Assembly: GCA_050331235.1 (NCBI GenBank)
Contig: JBHJHA010000101.1
Coordinates: 1-39,659 of the forward strand
Direction of reading: 5' to 3'
DNA from: Leptolyngbyaceae cyanobacterium
Lineage (GTDB): Bacteria; Cyanobacteriota; Cyanobacteriia; Phormidesmidales; Phormidesmidaceae
Length of the DNA stretch: 39,659 bases
This document shows, piece by piece, positions 19,005-28,426 of this stretch (positions are counted from its first letter, which is position 1; every line of letters starts with the position of its first letter). A program made the translations under genes and the position numbers. The notes below the pieces were generated by a model. That model was not told where the DNA came from, ran no database searches, and worked only from the letters and a program-made list of their open reading frames with translations.

Positions 19005-19058
19005 CTTGATCCTACTGATCGCGTCTGCCATCTGAAGTTGCGTAAGTCCTGGAAGAGA

Positions 19059-19880
19059 TTACGCCGTCAGACTCAGCGGGGTGCGGAGTGGTTCTACCTG
19101 GGGGCGCTGGTCGTTCCACACCTTCCAGGGGGCGTTGCCGCTGCTCCACAGCTCTTCCAAGCGCTTTTTATCGCGTACGGTGTCCATGCACTGCCAAAAG
19201 CCGCTGTAGCGGTAGGCCATAAGCTGTCCATCCTTGGCCAAGTTTTCCAGGGGCGATTTTTCCCACTGGGTTTCGTCACCTTCGATATAATCAAAAATCT
19301 CGGGTTCAAGGACAAAGAAGGCACCGTTAATCCACCCTTCGCGAGTTTGGACCTTTTCGGAAAACTCAACGATGCGATCGCCCTCCAAATCCAAATGCCC
19401 AAAACGCGCCGGAGGGTGCACTGCCGTCAGCGTTGCCAACTTGCCATGGGATTTGTGAAAATCAAGCAGCTCGTGGAGGTTGAGGTCACAAACTCCATCT
19501 CCCCAAGTCAACATGAACGTTTCGTTGCCCATGTGGGGAGCGAGTCGCTTAATCCGGCCGCCAGTATTAGTAGACAACCCCGTTTCGATTAGATCGACTT
19601 TCCAGTCCAAGCTGGAAGCGGTGTGAGGGGTATAGGTGCCCGTTTTAAAGTCAACGGTTAGGCTGCTGCTCAAAGCACAGTAGTCAACCATATATTTCTT
19701 AATGACTTCCCCCTTATATCCGAGGGCCACGGCAAATTCGTTGAACCCGTAGTGGGAATACATTTTCATGATGTGCCAAAGAATGGGGTGGCCGCCAATC
19801 TGGACCATTGGCTTCGGCTTAGTCTCGGTTTCAGGCGCAAGGCGAGTCCCTAAACCGCCAGCTAAAATTCCAACTTTCAT
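19059..19880 (-). CDS. rfbF: Glucose-1-phosphate cytidylyltransferase
   Basis: ILAGGLGTRL, KPKPMVQIGGHPILWHIMK, LGYKG, TNTGGRIKR, TWGDG, PARFG, WINGAFF, GFWQCMDTVRDK, APWKVW. Confidence 0.95.
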   Translation of the reverse strand: MKVGILAGGLGTRLAPETETKPKPMVQIGGHPILWHIMKMYSHYGFNEFAVALGYKGEVIKKYMVDYCALSSSLTVDFKTGTYTPHTASSLDWKVDLIETGLSTNTGGRIKRLAPHMGNETFMLTWGDGVCDLNLHELLDFHKSHGKLATLTAVHPPARFGHLDLEGDRIVEFSEKVQTREGWINGAFFVLEPEIFDYIEGDETQWEKSPLENLAKDGQLMAYRYSGFWQCMDTVRDKKRLEELWSSGNAPWKVWNDQRPQVEPLRTPLSLTA

Positions 19881-20888
19881 GGCTATTTGACCCTAATAAA
19901 TAACGATATCAAGCGTGCTTATCAGAAATCTTCAGTTCACAGGAAATCTCTATCTACAGGCTGGAGACGGGGCTTTTCTATAGATTTGATTAGCATATAC
20001 AGACAGTAAGACATCAACAGTGGATTTACGTAAGGATTGATGGGGACTTTGAACTTCCTTTAGGGAAATTTGTTTTTTTGATGAAGAGAAGCATAGATCT
20101 AGAACTGCACAAAAATATTTGGTACGTTAACCGTCCTTTTAAGCTCAGAGAAGAAGTGTTTTTTAAAATTTGATAGGCTTGCTTGCTGTGAACGGCAGAT
20201 AGAGCGGACGCTCACGACATCGTCATCGCTCAACCGACGAGCTGTCTTAAATTCCAGTGCGACTACAGGAGCTTTTAACTGCCCCTAAAAAGGATGCCTG
20301 AAGACTTTTGAAAAATCCGATTATTTTGGACGAATAGCGTAGACGAGCTAGCAGTTTCTCAATGGGTAAAAAATATTGCTGTTTGTGGCTTTGAGCGATC
20401 AGTCAGTGTGGCTTGATACCGGCATTGGCATTGAACCAAAACAGTGTTATGCCTTAGCACTGCCTCTGCTCTCAAACGCTAAGGTTCGAGGTAATGGCGG
20501 CAATGGTGCCAAGCGTCTTGTCGTCGGTTGAAGCTGATGAAATGGCTGGCACCGTAGAAAAATATGTCCCGGGAATAGCTCGCCGCAGGGCAGTGCGCTG
20601 GCATCGTCACGGTGACTGCCCACGCAGTCACCAATTGGGTCGTGCTTGACTATAGGCTGCCGCTGGAACGGGGCTGCTTCAGGCGATTTATGGCCCCACA
20701 TGGCGGTGCCAAGTACTTCAAGTTTTCTTTGATGGCAGGATTGATTATTGCTTACTCAAGACTTTACGATGACCTGGAGATGAGGTGACGGTCTGAGCTT
20801 CAGATGTCCCTGATCGATTTAAGTATGGTTGCGTGGCGATCGCTCGCGGTTGCCTCTTCTAGTTTGGCCTCCCAGTGATTGCACCCCC

Positions 20889-23800
20889 ATGTCAAACTCG
20901 CCTGATCCCTCGCCGATAGAGTCTGCCGATGACGCTAACGAACAGCGCCGCGCGTCACTACTGCTGAAGTTGGTCGCAGGGCTAGGGGTCGTCGTGGCGG
21001 CTAGCGGTTTGGCCGCGGTGGTTTGGGGCGATCGCGTCATTAATACCCAGGTGTTGCCGTGGGTGGAGACCGAAGTGGCTAAAGCGATCGGGCGGCCAGT
21101 GGAAATCGGCAACGTTCAGGGGCTGTCATTTTGGGGCATTCGCCTGGGCAAGAGCACGATCCCCCCAACGGAAACGGATGCCACCTTTTTAGCCGCTGAG
21201 GAGGTGGGGGTTCGGGTCGATTTGGGCGCGTTAATTTTCCAGCGCAAGATTAAGCCCGATATCGTCATCCTGAGCCCCGAGGTGAATCTCATCAAGTCCG
21301 AAGATGGCCAGTGGATCGAGTTTGAACTACCGGAACCCATCGAGCGAGAACCGCGCTTGAAGACGGAAGTGCAGTCGATTACCGTCAGAGATGCCCGGGT
21401 TAAGGCTTCCTATGCTGTGCAAGATGAAGCGGACATTGTTGTACGCGGGCCGTTTGAAGTCGCCGAGGTAGACGTTGTTGCGACCTTTGAGGGAGAAGAT
21501 TCCCAGCGGGCAATCTTTGAGGTGGCGGGCAATATCGACAGCGGCACCTTTGACATCGATGGGGAAGCGAACCTCGCCACCCAGGTAATGAACACCCATG
21601 TGCGATTGCAGGATGTGCCCGTGGCCGGGGCAAATGTGTTGCTGCCGGCTTTGGTGGGTTTGAACTCCGGCCTGCTGAATACAAATCTCACGGCGACGGC
21701 AGCCCTGACCGAAGAGTTTCAGCTTGACCTCGACGCGCTAGAGGTGCAGGGCACGGCGCAGTTGCGGGAGGGGGAGGTCCTGATTAGCGAGTTGGCTGTT
21801 CCGGTGCGCAACATTCAGAGTCGGCTACGATTTCAGGGGCAGCGGGTCACCTTAGAAGAAACGGGGCTACAGATAGAGGATGTTACACTGGCGGCCCAGG
21901 GACAAGTCGACCTAGAAGCGGGATACGATTTGACGGCTCGAATTCCGGCAGTATCGATCGCTGACCTGCAGGCGATCGCCGATATAGAGTTGCCCGTAGC
22001 CGCGAACGGGACCTTTCAGCTCGATGCGCAGGTGCAGGGTGAGGTGATGGAGCCCCGAGTGCGGGGAAGATTGACCAATCAAGGTCCTGTGCGGATCGAC
22101 CAACTCGATTTGGCTACGGTGGCAGCGACGTTTGCCCTCACCCGATCGGAGTTTGACCTCGCGGAGCTGCGGGTCGTACCAGAGGCCGGCGGTCTGGTGT
22201 TGGCCCAGGGTCAGGCCGAGCTGCAAGATGTGACAGACCCGACCTTTGAGCTGGCTGCTCAGGTGGATGTCCCAGTGGATGCCTATGCAGAACTTTATGG
22301 AGTTTCCCTACCAGAACCAACGGTGTTGGGCAATTTCACTGCGGATCTACAAGCTGCTGGTGATTTGACTGCTCAGACAGCTACCGGGCAATGGCAACTG
22401 GCGGATTCTTCGTTTCCAGGCCAAGGGGAGCTAGCTCTGGCGGACAATCAACTTGTAACTGAACTCCGGATCACGCCCCAGGATGGTGGGGTGGTTACTG
22501 CCCAGGGTCAGGCTGATTTGACTGAGCTGGCTCAGCCCCAATTTCAGCTCACGGCCCAGGTGGCGGATATCCCAGTGGACGCCTATGCTGCAACCTATGG
22601 GGTGACGCTGCCCGCTGACACGGTGGTGGGAACCCTCTCAGCGGACCTCCAGGCAGCGGGAACTTTGGCGACGCAATCGGCGTTTGCCCAGTGGCAACTC
22701 TCGGAATCTTCTTTACCTGGTGGAGGGGAGTTAACGCTGACGGATCGCCAACTTGTGGCAGACAATACGCGTCTGCGGGTGGCGGATGGGAGGGTGACGG
22801 CCAATGCTGTGGCTGACCTCGAAAGCGGCGATTGGCAGGCAGCGGCTACAACAGCTCAGGTGCCCATTCAGCAGTTTGTCACCCAAGCAGAGGGGCTGCT
22901 CACGGCGGACGTGACGGCAGCGGGCAACCTCTACGATTTTGACTTAGCCACCATTCAGGCGGGGGGCAATGCGACGATCGCCGATGCTCAGGTGCAGCTT
23001 ACAGCAACCAGTGCCCCTTTGTTAGAACGGGGCGACTGGCGGACAGCTTTTGCCTGGCAGGGCGATCAGATTGCGGTGGAAAGCTTCTCTGCTCCAGGCA
23101 TTCAGGTAGACGGCACCATTGGGGTAGATTTTAGTCAGGCGATTCCCCTGGGGGCGATTGCCCTCAATGTGACCCTACGGGAGTTTGACTTGCAACCGCT
23201 GAACAGCTTTGCGCCTGCCCCAGTGTCAGAGTATGCCCAGCTGCGGGGTCTAACGAGTTTTACTGGGCAGTTGACGGGGACGCTGCAAACCCCCCAACTT
23301 GAAGGTCAGGTCCGACTCGAAGATTTGGCGCTAAATGACCTTGCCTTTGAGACTTTGACGGGGCCCGTGGCGCTATCGCTGGCAGATGGTGGCACGTTGA
23401 ATTTGCAGGGGCAGCGCGATCGCGTTCAGCTTGCTGTGAATGATGATCCCTGGCCGGTGTCGTTTGAGGTGCGCAATCAGGACTTTATTGCCACAGGCGA
23501 TGGTCAAGATCGGCAGCTCCAAGTGGAAATTCGTCAGTTTCCCCTCGCCCAGGTGAATGTACGGCCCGCGGTCGCTTATGGGTTTGGTGCGGTGTCGGGT
23601 TTGGTGAATGCCAACCTCAATATAGATTTGGCCGATTCTAGTAATCCCGTTGCGACGGGCACCGTTACCGTTACCCAGCCAAGTCTCAGCCCTGTGGAGG
23701 CCGAGCGCCTGACGGCGGCGTTTCGCTTTGCCGATCAAGTGGCTACGCTTGATCAGGGGGAGCTGCAATTGGCCGATAGTCGCTTTTTGCTGACGGGACA

Positions 23801-26123
23801 AGTGGCCCTCGCCCCGGACATTGCCTACGCTGGTGATTTAACGATCGCCGAGGGCCATATCGAAGATCTCGTAGCAGTGTTGATGGCGGTTGATTTAGAT
23901 GCCTTGCGCGGTTTGCAGGCATCAACTTCTACGGGCGAAGCGGCAGATGTGGAAACCATGCCGGTGGCGTTACCGCCAGGGTCTTTTTTAACTCAGTTGG
24001 AGTCATTTATCGCGTTTACGGAAACGCTACCAGACCCCACTGATCATGAGGCAATGCTCGCAATACCGCCCCTCGAATCACTCTCAGGGGAATTCAGCGG
24101 CGGCATCCGAGTAGCGGGGGACACTTTAGCCCTAGCGGATATCCGCGCCGATTTTGACCTGCAGGGCGATCGCTGGCAGTGGGGCCCCTATGCGCCCACC
24201 AATCAGTTCTTCATCCAGGGAGCAGTAGAGGAAAATTCGGTCACGTTAGAACCCGTGATGATCACCGCCGGCGAGACCGTTATCAATGTGGCAGGCAGCG
24301 GCAACCGCCAACGGTTGCAGGGGGAAGTTTTGGTTGATGACTTGCCGGTGGAATTAGTGCAGGCCATTTACCCATTGCCGGTCAGTCTAGAGGGAGACCT
24401 TGATTTGGTCACGACCCTGGGCGGCAGCTTGCTCAATCCGCGGGTAGAAGGCGAGGTGCTCGTTACCAATACACGGTTGAATAACGAACCGATTGAACGG
24501 GTGGGCGGCACATTTCGCTATCGCAGTGCGCAGTTAGACATCGATGGCGAAGCGGCGATCGCCCCGAACGAGGCTCCGATTACCTTGACGGGTCGCGTTC
24601 CCTATGCACTGCCGTTCGTGACGGTGCAGCCCGCGACCGACCAACTCATGGTCAAAGCGGTCGTGCCCAGCGATAGTTTTGACTTCATCAACGCGCTGTC
24701 TGATAACCAGGTGCGGTGGGAGGGGGGCCAAGGCGACATCGTAGTACAGGCCGCAGGGACCCTGACTCAACCAATCATTCAAGGCCAAGCTCGCTTTCAA
24801 GATGGGATTCTGGCCAGTGACTTTTTGAATGCCCCCGTCACGAACATAGACGGTACCGTACAGTTTGATCTGACCCAGGTGAGCATTCCTCAGCTGCAGG
24901 CTAATTTGGGTGAGGGCGGGTTGACGGTGGCGGGTCAACTGCCGCTGTTGACCTCTGGGCGGTCTCTCATAGCTCAGACTAAGCAGCAATCGCCGCCAAT
25001 GGGTGGGCTGCTAGTCTCCCTAGGAGCAGTGCCGCTGGACTATGACGGGGTCATTCAAGCCGTAGTTGATGGTCAAATTATGGTCACGGGGGCAGTTCTT
25101 GAGCCGACTATTGGTGGACAGCTGAGTATTGGTGAAGGTCAGGTCAAAGCGAATGATCTCTTAAGACGAGTAGGTGCCCTTGATTTGCCGACCTTGGCAG
25201 AGGTGGAAGAAATCAATCCCTATCGAGCGCAATATTTAGGGATTGACCCTCTTGCGCCGCAGCCCCAGGAACAACCTCCTGGATTTGTAGAAAAGGTGAC
25301 GCTAGATGAATTTCGTGTGGAGCTGAGCGATCGCTTCGTGATTGCTGGTCAACCTTTTTACAACATTGCGGCGGCCGGCGGCATCACAATCAATGGTCCG
25401 CTGCCGGAGTTGCGCCCCGACGGCACGATTGCGCTCCAGTCCGGCTGGATCAATCTATTTTCAACGCAGTTTCGCCTCGACCCCAATGCGGCCAATACGG
25501 CGACCTTTTCCCCTGAAGATGGGCTGAACCCCTATGTGGATGTGGTGTTGACGGCACGAATTCAGGAAACTGACACAACGCGCATTCCCCCCTCCACTGG
25601 CGGCTTTGCTAGCTCGGAAATCAGCGATAACAACGTCGAATCGGTGGGAAATGTGGAATTTATTCGAGTGCAGGCAGTTGCCATGGGATATGCGAGCGAA
25701 TTGCAGGATAGTTTGGCACTGACCAGCAATCCCTCCCGCAGTCAAGAGGAACTGATTGCCCTGCTTGGCAGCAGCGTGGCGGGGGGCCTAGCGGGAGCCA
25801 GCCTGACTCAGTTTGCCGGGTTTTTGGGGGCAGGTAGTTTGGCTGGATTTGGCAATGACCTCGCCACTACGCTAGGGCTACAGTCATTTAGCGTATTTCC
25901 GACAACAGATACGTCGACGGAAAGCACGGCAGGCGTTGGCATTGGGGTCGAGGCGTCGTTTGCGATCGGCAACTCCATTGGCATCAACATCCTCGAAATT
26001 CTCAATAGCGGTAATCCCCCCCAATTAGGCGTACAGTATCGCCTATCAGAGCAAATTCAAGTGCGCGGCTCATCAAACCTGACAGATACGGAAATGCGTT
26101 TGGAGTACCGGACGGAGTTTTAG
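20889..26123 (+). CDS. tamB: Translocation/assembly module TamB (AsmA-like, DUF490 C-terminus)
   Basis: N-terminal membrane anchor (LLLKLVAGLGVVVAASGLAAVVWG), long beta-rich repeats, cyanobacterial DUF490 end (GWINLFSTQFRL...LNPYVDV...SNPSRSQEELIALLG...LEYRTEF). ATG 20889 preferred over TTG 20829. Confidence 0.9.
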   Translation: MSNSPDPSPIESADDANEQRRASLLLKLVAGLGVVVAASGLAAVVWGDRVINTQVLPWVETEVAKAIGRPVEIGNVQGLSFWGIRLGKSTIPPTETDATFLAAEEVGVRVDLGALIFQRKIKPDIVILSPEVNLIKSEDGQWIEFELPEPIEREPRLKTEVQSITVRDARVKASYAVQDEADIVVRGPFEVAEVDVVATFEGEDSQRAIFEVAGNIDSGTFDIDGEANLATQVMNTHVRLQDVPVAGANVLLPALVGLNSGLLNTNLTATAALTEEFQLDLDALEVQGTAQLREGEVLISELAVPVRNIQSRLRFQGQRVTLEETGLQIEDVTLAAQGQVDLEAGYDLTARIPAVSIADLQAIADIELPVAANGTFQLDAQVQGEVMEPRVRGRLTNQGPVRIDQLDLATVAATFALTRSEFDLAELRVVPEAGGLVLAQGQAELQDVTDPTFELAAQVDVPVDAYAELYGVSLPEPTVLGNFTADLQAAGDLTAQTATGQWQLADSSFPGQGELALADNQLVTELRITPQDGGVVTAQGQADLTELAQPQFQLTAQVADIPVDAYAATYGVTLPADTVVGTLSADLQAAGTLATQSAFAQWQLSESSLPGGGELTLTDRQLVADNTRLRVADGRVTANAVADLESGDWQAAATTAQVPIQQFVTQAEGLLTADVTAAGNLYDFDLATIQAGGNATIADAQVQLTATSAPLLERGDWRTAFAWQGDQIAVESFSAPGIQVDGTIGVDFSQAIPLGAIALNVTLREFDLQPLNSFAPAPVSEYAQLRGLTSFTGQLTGTLQTPQLEGQVRLEDLALNDLAFETLTGPVALSLADGGTLNLQGQRDRVQLAVNDDPWPVSFEVRNQDFIATGDGQDRQLQVEIRQFPLAQVNVRPAVAYGFGAVSGLVNANLNIDLADSSNPVATGTVTVTQPSLSPVEAERLTAAFRFADQVATLDQGELQLADSRFLLTGQVALAPDIAYAGDLTIAEGHIEDLVAVLMAVDLDALRGLQASTSTGEAADVETMPVALPPGSFLTQLESFIAFTETLPDPTDHEAMLAIPPLESLSGEFSGGIRVAGDTLALADIRADFDLQGDRWQWGPYAPTNQFFIQGAVEENSVTLEPVMITAGETVINVAGSGNRQRLQGEVLVDDLPVELVQAIYPLPVSLEGDLDLVTTLGGSLLNPRVEGEVLVTNTRLNNEPIERVGGTFRYRSAQLDIDGEAAIAPNEAPITLTGRVPYALPFVTVQPATDQLMVKAVVPSDSFDFINALSDNQVRWEGGQGDIVVQAAGTLTQPIIQGQARFQDGILASDFLNAPVTNIDGTVQFDLTQVSIPQLQANLGEGGLTVAGQLPLLTSGRSLIAQTKQQSPPMGGLLVSLGAVPLDYDGVIQAVVDGQIMVTGAVLEPTIGGQLSIGEGQVKANDLLRRVGALDLPTLAEVEEINPYRAQYLGIDPLAPQPQEQPPGFVEKVTLDEFRVELSDRFVIAGQPFYNIAAAGGITINGPLPELRPDGTIALQSGWINLFSTQFRLDPNAANTATFSPEDGLNPYVDVVLTARIQETDTTRIPPSTGGFASSEISDNNVESVGNVEFIRVQAVAMGYASELQDSLALTSNPSRSQEELIALLGSSVAGGLAGASLTQFAGFLGAGSLAGFGNDLATTLGLQSFSVFPTTDTSTESTAGVGIGVEASFAIGNSIGINILEILNSGNPPQLGVQYRLSEQIQVRGSSNLTDTEMRLEYRTEF
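22164..22760 (+). repeat. Internal tandem duplication in tamB (297 + 300 nt)
   Basis: Unit 1 (22164-22460) ELRVVPEAGGLVLAQGQAEL...VPVDAYAELYGVSLP...ADLQAAG...QWQLADSSFPGQGELALADNQLVT; unit 2 (22461-22760) ELRITPQDGGVVTAQGQADL...IPVDAYAATYGVTLP...ADLQAAG...QWQLSESSLPGGGELTLTDRQLVA. Confidence 0.9.
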
Positions 26124-26229
26124 CTTTTGGGGAGAGATTGTCCAGGTAAGCATCGTCGGCGATCGCGTTGCCAACCAAAACAGCAAGCCCGCTCGCCCAG
26201 CCCGTCAAAACTGTGATACTGCCTCGCAC

Positions 26230-27228
26230 TTAGAAAATTGCGTTGACGTTTTCTAGCCAGCGAGCCACATCCTTAGCATGATAGGTGAGGATCAGGTCCG
26301 CTCCGGAGCGCTTAAAGCTAGTCATGGTTTCGAGCACCACGCGCGGCTCATCAATCCAGCCGTTGAGGGCTGCAGCCTTGACCATGGAGTATTCGCCAGA
26401 CACGTTGTAGGCTGCCACGGGCAAGTTTGAGGCATCTTTGACCTGCCGAATGATATCCATGTAGGCGAGGGCTGGTTTGACCATCAGCATGTCTGCCCCT
26501 TCATTGATATCGAGGGCAATTTCCTTGAGGGCTTCGCGGCTGTTGGAGGGGTCCATTTGATAGGTGCGGCGATCTCCAAACTGCGGGGCTGAGTCAGCCG
26601 CATCGCGGAAAGGGCCATAGTAGGCCGAGGCATACTTAGCGGCGTAGGACATGATAGGAATGTTCGTGAAATCCGCCGCATCCAATCCTTCGCGAATGGC
26701 TTGGACAAAGCCATCCATCATACCAGAAGGAGCAATAATGTCAGCTCCAGCTTTGGCCTGAGAAACCGCTGTCTTCTTCAAGAGTTCAAGGGTAGGGTCG
26801 TTCAAAACGCGACCAGTCAGATCCCCCGTTTGCAAATAGCCGCAGTGGCCATGGTCGGTGTATTCGCACAGACAGGTATCAACCATCACGATGAGGTCGG
26901 GAACAGCCTCTTTGATGGCGGTGGTGGCTTTTTGCACGATGCCACAGTCATGCCAAGCGCCGGTGGCCTCAGTGTCCTTAGTATCTGGAATGCCAAATAA
27001 GATAATTGAGGGAATGCCAAGGTCGTAGACCTCTCTGGCCTCTTCTACGATTTTGTCGACGGAGAGTTGATAAACACCCGGCATGGATTTCACTTCGTCG
27101 GCAATGCTGTCACCGGGCACTGCAAATAGGGGATAGATGAGGTCGTTGGTAGAGACCACGGTTTCGCGCACCATCCGGCGCAGTTGGGGATGGCTACGTA
27201 GGCGGCGAGGACGATGAATCGGAAACAT
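26230..27228 (-). CDS. hemB: Porphobilinogen synthase (delta-aminolevulinate dehydratase)
   Basis: [20 protein letters not shown] (Cys-rich metal site), [40 protein letters not shown]. Confidence 0.98.
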   Translation of the reverse strand: MFPIHRPRRLRSHPQLRRMVRETVVSTNDLIYPLFAVPGDSIADEVKSMPGVYQLSVDKIVEEAREVYDLGIPSIILFGIPDTKDTEATGAWHDCGIVQKATTAIKEAVPDLIVMVDTCLCEYTDHGHCGYLQTGDLTGRVLNDPTLELLKKTAVSQAKAGADIIAPSGMMDGFVQAIREGLDAADFTNIPIMSYAAKYASAYYGPFRDAADSAPQFGDRRTYQMDPSNSREALKEIALDINEGADMLMVKPALAYMDIIRQVKDASNLPVAAYNVSGEYSMVKAAALNGWIDEPRVVLETMTSFKRSGADLILTYHAKDVARWLENVNAIF

Positions 27229-27456
27229 AAGTCGACAAATGCACTCAACAGGCCAACAGTTATCAGGTCTGCAAAGATGGCCAGTCCAGACATTTAGCTT
27301 GTTGGAGCTGGAGCGATCGCAGAGTGTTACAAGTCTAAGTCATTAGGGGATCTGCACATTACATCTTGCTTACATTCTGTAAAGTATGACGAGAGTGCCC
27401 CCGCAGGTGATGTCCCTAGCCTGGGCAAAGCCAGTATTTAGATGAGGCGTTGCGGA

Positions 27457-27765
27457 ATGAAATCACCAGAGGCTTGCGCAAGTTTACTAGACATTCGGAC
27501 CGAAATTGACCGCATTGACCGCGCAGTGATTGCACTGTGGGCAGAGCGATTTACTTACGTTAAAGCAGCCGCACCCTTTAAATCGACTCAGCATCAGGTT
27601 GCAGCGCCAGAGCGTTTACAAGCTATGTTGCAGCAGCGCCGCGAGTGGGCGATCGTAGCTAATCTCAACCCTGATGTAATTGAGCAGCTATATCGAGACT
27701 TAGTCAACTATTTCATCAATGAGGAAATGCAGCACTGGCGATCGTCGGCTGACAGTCAAGATTGA
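27457..27765 (+). CDS. pchB: Isochorismate-pyruvate lyase / AroQ-type chorismate mutase (PchB-like)
   Basis: MKSPEAC...DIRTEIDRID...R-x-x-YVKAAAPFK...APERLQAMLQQRREWA...YFINEEMQHW closely parallels Pseudomonas PchB. ATG 27457 matches the PchB N-terminus. Confidence 0.8.
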   Translation: MKSPEACASLLDIRTEIDRIDRAVIALWAERFTYVKAAAPFKSTQHQVAAPERLQAMLQQRREWAIVANLNPDVIEQLYRDLVNYFINEEMQHWRSSADSQD

Positions 27766-28092
27766 GTCTACATCCAGGCTCAGTCGGCGTAACGATCAGG
27801 CATTCCACGTTTATGACTAGAGTAGGTAAACAAATTTCTTCCTGAAGAGAGACTTTATCTGACAGATTCCGTAATTATGACGATGGCAATCGTTTATGGA
27901 TGTGCCGCCGGAAGGATGAAATTCCCTTACCCCCAAGCCATGATAGTAAGCAAGTTATTCAAAAGCTTCAATTGACTGCTGCAGAGCCTTGCTATCTCTT
28001 AATCTCTAGCTCGGTCTGAGTTTCAGGCAGTACCCTCACTCCGGATGCATCTCACTTGTTAACTAAGCTTTAAGCGCCAGCCCTCCTTAGAT

Positions 28093-28335
28093 ATGCACAC
28101 AGCGATAAAGGTTTTTTTTGATACTAGTAGGGAACTTGATCAGCTTCGACAAAAGGCCCGCAGTGTTCGAGTGTCGAATATTGAGCATTTGGTCAATGAG
28201 TTTCGTGCCGTGTTGACCGATCGCGCCGTAGCCGCCGAAGCGCTAGACCTCTATGACCAAGCCGAGATCAGGGCCATCGTGGCTGAGCTAAATCGCTTAG
28301 ATGCCAATCAAGAGCCTCATTCAGCATCGGCATAG
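28093..28335 (+). CDS. Hypothetical helical protein, 80 aa
   Basis: ATG start, amphipathic helical charged composition, co-oriented with neighbours. Confidence 0.65.
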   Translation: MHTAIKVFFDTSRELDQLRQKARSVRVSNIEHLVNEFRAVLTDRAVAAEALDLYDQAEIRAIVAELNRLDANQEPHSASA

Positions 28336-28426
28336 CTGGTTTTACTTAGCCAAGAATGCTCCTCCCCTGCGTGGGTTGTCCTTCTGCGAAGTATCCTACA
28401 GAAGGACAACTTGGCTCTCACTCCCT

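Noticed and set aside
19038..19592. 184-aa antisense ORF over rfbF and similar antisense ORFs over thrS, lhgO, tamB, hemB and ndh genes
   Set aside because: Fully overlap well-supported genes; expected shadow ORFs at this GC content.
12351..19880. HIP1 depletion in the sugar cluster as evidence of horizontal transfer
   Set aside because: About three exact sites in 7.5 kb by eye. That is lower than average, but other segments are also sparse, so it is not convincing without statistics.
20447..20701. 84-aa minus-strand ORF in the rfbF-tamB spacer
   Set aside because: No SD, no recognisable motif, atypical composition.
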